From NCBI RefSeq assembly GCF_014078525.1, contig NZ_MU078694.1:327885-359884 (forward strand): a stretch of 32,000 nucleotides of DNA, in the 5' to 3' direction. The translations under genes were made by a program, and so were the position numbers. This document shows positions 1 through 8,374 of the stretch, piece after piece; the first letter of the stretch is position 1; each line of letters starts with the position of its first letter. The notes under the pieces were generated by a model. The model ran no database searches and was not told the origin of the DNA. It worked only from the letters and a program-made list of their open reading frames with translations. Origin of the DNA: Nitrosopumilus sp. b3. Its GTDB lineage: Archaea; Thermoproteota; Nitrososphaeria; Nitrososphaerales; Nitrosopumilaceae.

Positions 1-1245
1 CATCCACAAGAATTTTCCCTAAATGAAGAAGGTGAGTACAGCATCCCAAATCAAAAATCACTAGATGAATTAGGAGCACTATTGGATGAAGTATCCAAAT
101 TGGACGCTAAACTAGTGAAATTATCAGAAGTGATTCCTAAAAATGTTAAAATTAATCAAAACCAAACATCTGAACAAATAGAAAGTATTGAGATAGATAT
201 TGACGAAGGAGTCATAGAAGAAGTAGCCATAAAGGAAGAAATAGACTCATGTAACTGTGTTGCATTTAGACTAGACGATGTGCAAGATTATTGGTTAAAT
301 GATATTCAAATAAACATCATGGAGACATTTATTGAAAATAAAACTCCATTGACAATTGGAATTATTGCAAATGCATTTGGCAATGATCAAAAAATTTCTG
401 GATTTATTGATAATGCCACTAAAAATAAAGAACAATATTTAGAAGTAGGAACTAGAGGAATTGGTTTAACATCATTTACAAATTATGATAAAACACAACA
501 AAGTGAAAATATTAAAGAATCCCTCGATATTATTGAATCAATTTTAGATATTAGGCCCCAAGTATTCCTACCACCAAATAATAAATTTAATGAAGATACA
601 CTCAACATTTTAAAAGAAAACAGTATCACACACATCAGTTCTAGTTTAACCAACGGGGATGAACCTCCATTTGAATTTAAAAATGAAGAATTTTACAGAT
701 TTCCACAAACTACATCAACTGGAAAGTATAATCCATCATCAAATATTTTTGAAAGAATTTCAAACGACATTATCATTGCAGAATCGGAACAAAGTATCAG
801 CAATTATGGATTTGCAGTAATTTCCATTCACCCACAAGAATTTTCAACAATAACAAATTCAACATATGTCAATTTAGTTAACCAAGTGGAAATTAATGAA
901 TTAGAAAAATTAATCATGGAATTCAAAGATAAGGGATACAAAATAGTAAAAATTGGAAATATAAATTCAAATTTGATAGTTCTTGTACCTGAATGGATAA
1001 AAAATAATGCCGGATGGTGGGCAGATGGAACTATAGATGATAAGACATTTGTTCAAGGAATTGAATATTTAGTAAAACAGGGAATCATCAAAGTTTCAGA
1101 AAAATCTCAATCACAGAAAGATACGAAAAATGTACCTGAATGGATAAAAAATAATGCCGGATGGTGGGCAGATGGAACTATAGATGATAAGACATTTGTT
1201 CAAGGAATTGAATATTTAGTAAAACAGGGAATCATCACATATTAA
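1..1245 (+). CDS. Extracellular polysaccharide-deacetylase-like protein, 5' end outside window, with a duplicated C-terminal NNAGWWADG module
   Basis: Frame 1 is open from base 1 (HPQEFSLNEEGEY...), so the TTG at 82 in the ORF track is probably internal. CVAFRLDDVQDYW ... SIHPQEFS resembles the Asp-Asp and His motifs of metal-dependent NodB/DUF2334-type deacetylases. The window starts with another HPQEFS, which suggests a preceding similar domain. Stop TAA at 1243-1245. Confidence 0.5.
   Translation, partial: HPQEFSLNEEGEYSIPNQKSLDELGALLDEVSKLDAKLVKLSEVIPKNVKINQNQTSEQIESIEIDIDEGVIEEVAIKEEIDSCNCVAFRLDDVQDYWLNDIQINIMETFIENKTPLTIGIIANAFGNDQKISGFIDNATKNKEQYLEVGTRGIGLTSFTNYDKTQQSENIKESLDIIESILDIRPQVFLPPNNKFNEDTLNILKENSITHISSSLTNGDEPPFEFKNEEFYRFPQTTSTGKYNPSSNIFERISNDIIIAESEQSISNYGFAVISIHPQEFSTITNSTYVNLVNQVEINELEKLIMEFKDKGYKIVKIGNINSNLIVLVPEWIKNNAGWWADGTIDDKTFVQGIEYLVKQGIIKVSEKSQSQKDTKNVPEWIKNNAGWWADGTIDDKTFVQGIEYLVKQGIITY
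984..1237 (+). repeat. Perfect 107-bp direct duplication (984-1090 and 1131-1237, period 147 bp) inside the CDS
   Basis: Both copies read identically base for base (tgtacctgaatggataaaaaataatgccggatggtgggcagatgg...cagggaatcatca). Each encodes VPEWIKNNAGWWADGTIDDKTFVQGIEYLVKQGII. A 40-bp linker separates them. Confidence 0.9.
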
Positions 1246-2191
1246 CAACTTTGTAGATTTTGCTTGTTTTCCATTTACATTTTTCAAGAGGAAATTTACT
1301 ATCACATTTTAGACAAACATATTCCATAGACAATTCTGAATGAAACTCATTACATTCATTACAAATGTAATGATTTTGCATTACTCTGTGATCAACTCCT
1401 AATGCTTTAATTTCTTTTTTACAACTGGGGCAAAGATCTTTTTCATAAGAATTTTCATCAGATATATTTCCACAATCATAATGTTCAATTAATTTCCCTA
1501 GTTTGAAGTCTGAGCTTTTACAAGAAGGGCAAAAAAATCTCTGTTCAGTATCTGTGGAATTACAGCTATTACATGCAATTTCTTTTATTTCATCTACAGG
1601 TATAATTTTTCCATCATTTTCTAATTTTTCAAGATGTTTTTTTACGGTAGAATCATTTCGATCCACCATATCTTCAATTTTACTCACACTTGCCTGTTTT
1701 ACCAAATTTAATGCGCGTTCAATTTTTTCTTCAAGTGTTAATGAAGATTCATCATCATTAGTTTTAGATTCAGCAGAAATTTCAGAATCGTTTGAGAAAA
1801 ATGAGTTTTCTTTTTCTATGGTAGCAATAACAGATTTTAAATTCTCAAACCTAATTGGTTTTTCAATATAATGACATACTCCAAGACGAATTAGATCTTT
1901 GATCCCTTCATCGCTTTTTTCAGTAGCCGTTTCTAAAATTACTCTAATGTCGGGCTGCTTTTCCAAAATTTGAGTAAGTAAGGAATGTGCATCCATATCA
2001 GGTAACATATAATCAAGTAATACTATAGGAGCTTGTTTTTGATTAATCAAATCACTAATTGTAGCCATGGCAACTGCACCAGTATCACAAGTATGAATAT
2101 GATGATAGCCTAATTTTTCAAGATAGTTTTTTAAAAGAAAGCCAATAGCTGGACTATCCTCTACAATTACAACATGACTTTTAGCTTGCAT
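1235..2191 (-). CDS. Orphan response regulator: CheY-like receiver + winged-helix segment + C-terminal four-CxxC zinc-ribbon output domain
   Basis: The N-terminus VVIVEDSP...VLLDYMLPDMD...ETATEKSD...KP matches the receiver acidic pocket, phospho-Asp, T/S and K layout. The middle segment VSKIEDMVDRNDSTVKKHLEKLENDGKI looks like a wHTH. The C-terminus has CNSC..CPSC, CPSC, CNEC and CLKC pairs. ATG start. It converges on and overlaps the upstream gene by 11 bp. Confidence 0.75.
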   Translation of the reverse strand: MQAKSHVVIVEDSPAIGFLLKNYLEKLGYHHIHTCDTGAVAMATISDLINQKQAPIVLLDYMLPDMDAHSLLTQILEKQPDIRVILETATEKSDEGIKDLIRLGVCHYIEKPIRFENLKSVIATIEKENSFFSNDSEISAESKTNDDESSLTLEEKIERALNLVKQASVSKIEDMVDRNDSTVKKHLEKLENDGKIIPVDEIKEIACNSCNSTDTEQRFFCPSCKSSDFKLGKLIEHYDCGNISDENSYEKDLCPSCKKEIKALGVDHRVMQNHYICNECNEFHSELSMEYVCLKCDSKFPLEKCKWKTSKIYKVVNM

Positions 2192-2258
2192 AATAAACTC
2201 CGATTAATAATAATGATAATAATTGTTTATAAAATAATGATCCTTTAGTTTTGGCATA

Positions 2259-2981
2259 ATGATCAATTTTTTTACAACATCTGTAATTCTAATGATTTTG
2301 ATAGGTGCTACAATTTCAATGAATTATGTCTACGCAGAAGTGGATCTTCTAAGTGACATCCTATTTTTACAGACAGGGGAGTTCAGTACTGATGAAAATC
2401 AATTTCAAATAAGCAGTGATGTGGAGATTAGAGAATTTTTTGGGGGAAACATAATCAGAGTATCTGGTCTAACGATTGAAGGATTCCCATACATCACATA
2501 CTCTAGAATAATAGATGAAGAGATAAACACTAAAGGGATTATTTTCATTAATGGTAAATTTGTGAGTCTAAGTTTCATAGAAAAAACCATGGAAACTCAA
2601 AACACTGTTGAAAAACAGGAGGATCTTGCAATTTTAGTTCAATATACTCAAAGGGTTTATTCAGAAAAATTTGTAAAGTTAGATATCAAAATTTACGATA
2701 AACAACAAAACAAATTAAATGATTTTTACCAGAATTATGGACATATTCTAAACACAAACATCGAAGTCACCATAGTAAATGAAGACAATCAGGAAATTTT
2801 CTCTTCCAACGGAATTACAAATGAAAACGGTCTGTTTCAAACAGAATATTTTATTCCAGAGAATTCAAAAAGAGAGACACTAACAGTAAGTATTACTGCA
2901 GAAAATGAAAATTCAAAATCATCTAAATTATTACAGGTATTTAGTTTAGGAGAACCATCAGATGATGGAAAATCATCATAG
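2259..2981 (+). CDS. Hypothetical secreted/membrane-anchored protein
   Basis: 240-aa ORF with an N-terminal hydrophobic signal-like segment (FFTTSVILMILIGATISMNYVYA). TTTATAAAA lies about 25-30 bp upstream of the ATG. No recognisable family. Confidence 0.6.
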   Translation: MINFFTTSVILMILIGATISMNYVYAEVDLLSDILFLQTGEFSTDENQFQISSDVEIREFFGGNIIRVSGLTIEGFPYITYSRIIDEEINTKGIIFINGKFVSLSFIEKTMETQNTVEKQEDLAILVQYTQRVYSEKFVKLDIKIYDKQQNKLNDFYQNYGHILNTNIEVTIVNEDNQEIFSSNGITNENGLFQTEYFIPENSKRETLTVSITAENENSKSSKLLQVFSLGEPSDDGKSS

Positions 2982-3028
2982 TTTAGATAGCACAAAAGAC
3001 TAAATGTGTCAGAGATTTTATTTTTTTA

Positions 3029-3739
3029 TTGATACATGGTCCATCACTTGGAATAGGTGCAGCAATCGCATCAGCAGTAATAATTGTTGTATTTTTAGGA
3101 TTTCAGGGAATTACTGATCAAACAGAATTAACAATAGAGTCAACTCCACAAATCCAAGAATCAGGTCCAGCAAAAATTACAATGAATACCTTTTTGTCAA
3201 ATGGATCACCAATTCTTGGCAATCCAAATGCTCCAGTAACACTAGTAGAATTTGGAGATTATCAATGTCATTTCTGTAATGTGTTTTTTCATACAACTGA
3301 GGATGATATTTTGAAAAATTATGTAGATACAGGCAAAGTACGAATGATTTTCAAAGATTACAACATTATTGGTCCAGATTCAGTTACAGCATCTCATGGT
3401 GCACATTGTGCCGATGATCAAAAATCATTTTGGGAATATCACGATATATTATATTCAAACTGGACTGGGGAGAATAATGGATGGGCATCATCAGACAATC
3501 TTGCAAAGTTTGCACAAGAAATAGGATTGGATATGAATGAATGGTCTGAATGTATGAATAGTCAAAAGCATTCACAAATAATTCTAGCAAGTAATGAAGA
3601 TGCAAGAGATCTGGAATTAACAGGGACTCCGGCATTTTTTGTGATTGGTCCTGATGGTAAAACCACCCGTATTTTCGGAGCTCAGCCTTTTGAAGTTTTT
3701 AAAAATATTTTTGAAACAGAACTAGAAAAATCAAAATAG
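3029..3739 (+). CDS. DsbA-family thiol:disulfide oxidoreductase, membrane-anchored
   Basis: N-terminal TM helix, then VTLVEFGDYQCHFCNVFF (CxxC thioredoxin-fold active site) and a C-terminal GTPAFFV cis-Pro loop typical of DsbA. The start is a TTG from the longest-ORF model and is uncertain. Confidence 0.75.
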   Translation: MIHGPSLGIGAAIASAVIIVVFLGFQGITDQTELTIESTPQIQESGPAKITMNTFLSNGSPILGNPNAPVTLVEFGDYQCHFCNVFFHTTEDDILKNYVDTGKVRMIFKDYNIIGPDSVTASHGAHCADDQKSFWEYHDILYSNWTGENNGWASSDNLAKFAQEIGLDMNEWSECMNSQKHSQIILASNEDARDLELTGTPAFFVIGPDGKTTRIFGAQPFEVFKNIFETELEKSK

Positions 3740-3843
3740 CGATCAAATTATTTATAAATAATTTATAATATTAGGAAAATTTCCTTCCTAGTAAGTTAGA
3801 ATTTACACAATAACCTTATTAATGAAATATCGGAGCGAAGCTT

Positions 3844-5238
3844 ATGGCAGCTGGTATTGACGACATTGCAATATACATCCCAAGATTGTATATTGATGCA
3901 GCAGATTTTGCAAAAGCTAGAGGTCTTGACCCGGTAAAATTACAAAAAGGTCTAGGGGTATCTCAAATGGCAATCGTAGATGCAAATCAAGACCCTGCAT
4001 GTTTGGCAGCAAATGCATGTTTGAGAATTATGCAAAAAAACAAACTATCTCCAGAGGACATTGGCAGATTATATGTTTCAACAGAATCAGCATTTGACGA
4101 ATCAAAAGCAATGAACTCATATGTTATCGGAATGCTTGAGCAAGTTTATGGTCAAGGTGCTTTTGAACACTGTGGAGGAGTTGAAACTAAATTTGCATGT
4201 GTTAGTGGGTCATATGCACTGTATGACAATACGAATTGGATTAGAGCAGGAGAATCTGAGGGAAAACATGCCCTAGTTGTAGTATCAGATATTGCAAAAT
4301 ACGATATGGGTTCTAGTGGAGAAATGACTCAGGGTGCAGGAGCAGTAGTAATGTTACTTAATGATAATCCGCGATTGTTAGCATTTGATCCTAAAGTTAC
4401 AGCAACATCGATTAAAGACGAATATGATTTTTACAGACCATTTGGAAAAGAAACACCAATTGTACACGGACAATATTCTAATTTGCTTTACATGATTCAA
4501 GTTAGAAAAGCATTAGAGGCATACAAGAAAAAAGTTATTTCTACAGGATTAATCAAAATAGAGCCAGGTGAAACAATTTTGGATCATATGGATTACATCC
4601 ATATGCATTTACCATATAGCAATATGGGAAAGAAAGCATTAGCATATTTAGTTAGACATGAATGGCGTCAACTTCCAAGATGGAAAAGAATCCTACAAGA
4701 GATTGGCGTAGAAGAACCCAGACCAAAAGATCCACGGGGCACAATCGAATCGGTCTTAGCTGATGAGGAGTTTATGGCAAAAGACCATGAATTTACCAAA
4801 CTATTTACAAAAACTCGTGAATATCAAGAAGTGTATGAATCAAAATTATCAAGTTCATTAATTGCATCAAGTATGATTGGGAATTTGTATACTGCGTCGT
4901 TGTATTTAGGATTTAGAAGTAGTTTAGAGTATGAATTCCAAAAAGGAATAGAGTTAGAATCAAAAAGAGTAGGATTTGGATCTTATGGAAGTGGAAGTAG
5001 TGCAATGGTATTCAGCGGAGTCATACAGCCAGAATACAAAGAGATTGTGAAAGATATGAATTTAGAAGCAGAGATTGGAGATAGAAGAAAATTGACATGG
5101 GAAGAATATGAAGAACTACATGAAAACAAACTGCTTCCCGAAGAATCAATGGTTCATTCAAAGAAAGAGTTCGTACTAGTTAATGTGAATACGGATAAAG
5201 AATCTAGAGGCGAAAGACGCTACATCTTTAATGAATAA
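3844..5238 (+). CDS. Hydroxymethylglutaryl-CoA synthase (mevalonate pathway), long form
   Basis: The N-terminus GIDDIAIYIPRLYID, the catalytic-Cys context (ETKFACVSGSYAL), the HxH-region HMHLPYSNMGKKA and the C-terminal GSYGSGS fit the HMG-CoA synthase condensing-enzyme fold. 464 aa. Confidence 0.85.
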   Translation: MAAGIDDIAIYIPRLYIDAADFAKARGLDPVKLQKGLGVSQMAIVDANQDPACLAANACLRIMQKNKLSPEDIGRLYVSTESAFDESKAMNSYVIGMLEQVYGQGAFEHCGGVETKFACVSGSYALYDNTNWIRAGESEGKHALVVVSDIAKYDMGSSGEMTQGAGAVVMLLNDNPRLLAFDPKVTATSIKDEYDFYRPFGKETPIVHGQYSNLLYMIQVRKALEAYKKKVISTGLIKIEPGETILDHMDYIHMHLPYSNMGKKALAYLVRHEWRQLPRWKRILQEIGVEEPRPKDPRGTIESVLADEEFMAKDHEFTKLFTKTREYQEVYESKLSSSLIASSMIGNLYTASLYLGFRSSLEYEFQKGIELESKRVGFGSYGSGSSAMVFSGVIQPEYKEIVKDMNLEAEIGDRRKLTWEEYEELHENKLLPEESMVHSKKEFVLVNVNTDKESRGERRYIFNE

Positions 5239-5608
5239 ATTTCATAAAAATAATTTTAAATTGTATATTGCTTGTTTTCAAAGAACAGTGTATTTTTGAA
5301 AAACAGAATAATCATAGAAAGAAAGGTGGCTCGGGTGGTTGTTACTTGAATAATTCTAACTCTTGGAGGATTTTATTCATAGAATGCTTCCATGCACGCA
5401 TAGCATCGATATCATGAGGGCGATTTTTTTCTAGATGCTCTTTTTGTTTTAAAAGTTCACGGTGCCTTTTACCCTCAATTTTGGTCAATAGTCAAGTATG
5501 TTCTGGGTCTAAAATTAAGGCTATCATTGATTTAAAAAATAATTTCAAAATGCTATTTGTTTTATTGTACACACACCTGCTTATTATAGCAAAAGTAGTA
5601 GTTTATTC

Positions 5609-5731
5609 ATGAATTCAGTTGCATGGAAATGTTACAGATGTGATTTAACTTTTAAAGAAAAACCAAGTGCCACAATCCACAATGATCTTTCAAAGCACCC
5701 TATAGGAAAAATAGAACTGATTTCAGGGTAA
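5609..5731 (+). CDS. 40-aa classical C2H2 zinc-finger micro-protein (not in the ORF track)
   Basis: Translated by hand as MNSVAWKCYRCDLTFKEKPSATIHNDLSKHPIGKIELISG. It fits W-x-C-x2-C-x3-F-x5-A-x2-H-x5-H exactly. TTATTATA at 5581-5588 sits about 25 bp before the ATG, the spacing expected for a leaderless archaeal mRNA. Confidence 0.55.
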   Translation: MNSVAWKCYRCDLTFKEKPSATIHNDLSKHPIGKIELISG

Positions 5732-5768
5732 ATCCAAATACAAGTGAATTATAAGTAAACCCATTACA

Positions 5769-6317
5769 ATGTCAGAGGAATCAAACCCAATTAAAGATCA
5801 CATATTTGAATACATACAAAAATCTGAATTAATTCCAAAGTTAATTTCTGAGAAAAAGTTTGATCTGATAATTGAAGATATTATCAACAATTGCTATGAT
5901 AAAGTAATTTCAATGGCAGAAAAAGATGAGGCAGTAGGGATTTTAGCAACAGGAATACTGCATTATTTATTAACAAATGCACTAATCACAAGTCAAAGAA
6001 AAATAAATTATCAAGGAATAGAGTTAGACATCGTAATACCTGATATCAAAACATTAGAAAAAGATCAAAAAAAATCACTAGTAATTTGCATACCGAAATC
6101 TTCAGACATTAATGTAATTAACAAAAAAATAGCACAGTTAGAGAAAATTCAGCAAGAAAAGGAAAACATCTGGGTAGTATTATCAGAAAATATTCCTGTG
6201 AAGAAAAAACTGTTTGTGTTATCTAAAGAAAACAACACATTTTCTAAAATAATTTTTGAGATTTCTCAATTTAGCAATGTTGGCGGCACAAATAAATTCA
6301 AAATTTTGCGAGTATAG
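5769..6317 (+). CDS. Hypothetical protein
   Basis: 182-aa ORF with an ATG start and no overlapping competitor. No family recognised. Confidence 0.6.
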   Translation: MSEESNPIKDHIFEYIQKSELIPKLISEKKFDLIIEDIINNCYDKVISMAEKDEAVGILATGILHYLLTNALITSQRKINYQGIELDIVIPDIKTLEKDQKKSLVICIPKSSDINVINKKIAQLEKIQQEKENIWVVLSENIPVKKKLFVLSKENNTFSKIIFEISQFSNVGGTNKFKILRV

Positions 6318-6325
6318 AATACAGT

Positions 6326-7609
6326 TTATTCAGACATTTTGTTTCGTGTAATTTTATCAAATACACAGCTTGCTGTAAGATCTCCTGTGACATTGACCAT
6401 AGTTCTAATCATATCCAAAATTCTATCTACAGAAAGTAACAACAAGATTCCAACTGGTGGAATTCCAACAGTGATTAGTATCGTAGACAACACAATCACA
6501 CCAGCTCCAGGTACAGCAGGGGTTCCAATAGAAGCCAAAAGTGAGGTTATGATAATTACTAGGATGGAGATCATACTCAATTCAATTGCAAAAAGCTGTG
6601 CCAAAAAGAAAACAGCTATTACCTGATACAATGCAGTTCCATCCATATTGATAGTAGTCCCTAGTGGAATTACAAATTTTGAGACACGGTTATCTATGTT
6701 CAGATCATCTTCAGCAGTCTTTAATGTAACTGGCATCGTAGCCATTGAACTGGCAGTTGAAAATGCCAAAGTTTGAGGATTACGGAATTTTGAAAATGTA
6801 GAAGATATTGATCTTTTTGCTACAAACTTTAAGAACAGTGTGTACACCAGCAGCATTATTCCAAGACCCAGAACAACAGTTCCCATGTATACTCCCAATC
6901 CAACCATTGTACCTATTCCGACTGTTGCAACCATTCCAACTATCAATCCAAAAACTGCAAACGGTACAATCTTCATAGAAATTAATAGAATGTGTAATGT
7001 TATCTTTTGAATTGCTTCTAGTATATCTAACAATGGTTTAACTGATTCTTTTGGAAGAACTGCCATTGATAGTCCTACAATAAGTGCCATTACCAAGATG
7101 CTAAACATCTGTCCTTCAAGATATGAAGAGATGGGATTTCTTGGGATTATGTTAGACACTGCATTTGGAATGTCATCTAATGAAAAGCCATCTTTGATTT
7201 GCAGATCATCATCTGAAAGATCATGAGATTCTTGGAGAGAAGTAAGATCAAGAATACTTCCCGGAGATATAACTGATGCAAGAAATACTGCCACAAGTAT
7301 TGCAATTGTTGTAGTAATCACAAAATAGGTTCCAACACCCAATCCCAGAGTTTTTAGTTTATCCTTTGCGCCCAAATTAGTAATAGCCACAACAATTGAG
7401 GCGAAAATTAACGGAACAATAATCATTTGAATTACACTCAAAAATATATTGGCTGGAATTTTCAAATAAGATATTAGAGAATCTAAAGTATCATCGTCCA
7501 TTGCCATGCCCAGATCTCCTCCCAAAATCAAGCCTACTCCTAGTCCAACGAGTAAAGAAAATACAACTTGTAGCCACAAATTTTTAAAAATATAATTTTT
7601 TAATTCCAT
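6326..7609 (-). CDS. Dicarboxylate/amino acid:cation symporter (DAACS, GltPh-like)
   Basis: Signature stretches are SSMATMPVT, IPLGTTINMDGTALYQ, PAVPGAGVIVL and ILDMIRTMVNVTGDL. The last is nearly identical to GltPh TM8 as I recall it, and it retains the Asp and Arg that bind an acidic substrate. The start lies 4 nt downstream of the bioD stop on the same strand. Confidence 0.85.
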   Translation of the reverse strand: MELKNYIFKNLWLQVVFSLLVGLGVGLILGGDLGMAMDDDTLDSLISYLKIPANIFLSVIQMIIVPLIFASIVVAITNLGAKDKLKTLGLGVGTYFVITTTIAILVAVFLASVISPGSILDLTSLQESHDLSDDDLQIKDGFSLDDIPNAVSNIIPRNPISSYLEGQMFSILVMALIVGLSMAVLPKESVKPLLDILEAIQKITLHILLISMKIVPFAVFGLIVGMVATVGIGTMVGLGVYMGTVVLGLGIMLLVYTLFLKFVAKRSISSTFSKFRNPQTLAFSTASSMATMPVTLKTAEDDLNIDNRVSKFVIPLGTTINMDGTALYQVIAVFFLAQLFAIELSMISILVIIITSLLASIGTPAVPGAGVIVLSTILITVGIPPVGILLLLSVDRILDMIRTMVNVTGDLTASCVFDKITRNKMSE

Positions 7610-7613
7610 TTCA

Positions 7614-8300
7614 TCACTTTAAAATTAATTTCATGTTAAGATTTTTCTTAAAAATTTTGTACATGGATGAATCACCCATGTCTTCGATAAAAGGAATTAT
7701 TCCTAAAATAGGCACGCCGGTAAGACTTTTCAAATCACGTATCAATTCTTTTGTTTTGTAACCATCAGAATCAAAATCATTAACAATGATTCCTTTGATA
7801 GGAATCCCATATTTTTCACACATCTTTACTGTCATTATTGTATGATTTACAGTTCCAACTTTAGTTCTAGTTACAAGGACAGATGAAATTTTCATCTCTT
7901 TTATCAAATCAGTAACAAAGTAATCTTTAAGAATAGGAGTCATTATACCTCCCATTCCTTCTACTAGCAGTATTTGATGAAGTTTTGATAATTTTTTGAA
8001 ACTAGAGATTACAGAGTCAATCTTTGGTTTGATCTTCATGGTTTTCCATGCAGTATAAGGAGATGCAGGCATTGGAAAGAATTGTGGATTTACCAAATTT
8101 TCAGGATCATTTACTTGTGCAGCTTTAGATAAAATCTCAACATCTTCAGATTTGAAACCCTTTTTTTGAGCAGAGCCTGCAGCAAAGGGTTTCATTATTC
8201 CAACATCAATGCCCATTTTTCGAAGAGTTACTGCTAATCCAGCAGTGATGTATGTTTTACCAACATCAGTGTCTGTTCCTGTGATAAATAATGACTTCAA
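7614..8300 (-). CDS. bioD: Dethiobiotin synthase
   Basis: MKSLFITGTDTDVGKT is the BioD P-loop, as in E. coli FVTGTDTEVGKT. The TTG start is forced: an in-frame TGA lies four codons upstream and there is no ATG. Confidence 0.9.
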   Translation of the reverse strand: MKSLFITGTDTDVGKTYITAGLAVTLRKMGIDVGIMKPFAAGSAQKKGFKSEDVEILSKAAQVNDPENLVNPQFFPMPASPYTAWKTMKIKPKIDSVISSFKKLSKLHQILLVEGMGGIMTPILKDYFVTDLIKEMKISSVLVTRTKVGTVNHTIMTVKMCEKYGIPIKGIIVNDFDSDGYKTKELIRDLKSLTGVPILGIIPFIEDMGDSSMYKIFKKNLNMKLILK

Positions 8301-8374
8301 TGGAAGACATCAGTAGATATGACTGATTAATCTTATCGTTTGATTATTAAGAACATCTGGATTAGAATATCTAA

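Noticed and set aside
2200-2258. AATGATGA, C-box-like sequences in the RR / 2259 divergent spacer as a possible C/D-box sRNA.
   Set aside because: No CTGA D or D' boxes at suitable spacing and no terminal stem. ATGAT strings are expected in AT-rich promoter DNA.
3745-3764. Perfect 20-bp palindrome AAATTATTTATAAATAATTT between the DsbA-like gene and HMG-CoA synthase, plus the nearby TAGGAA-N7-TTCCTA.
   Set aside because: It is composed only of A/T and is centred on a TATA-like TTTATAAA. Such palindromes arise easily in AT-rich spacers, and it is most simply a promoter/terminator AT block. There is only a single copy.
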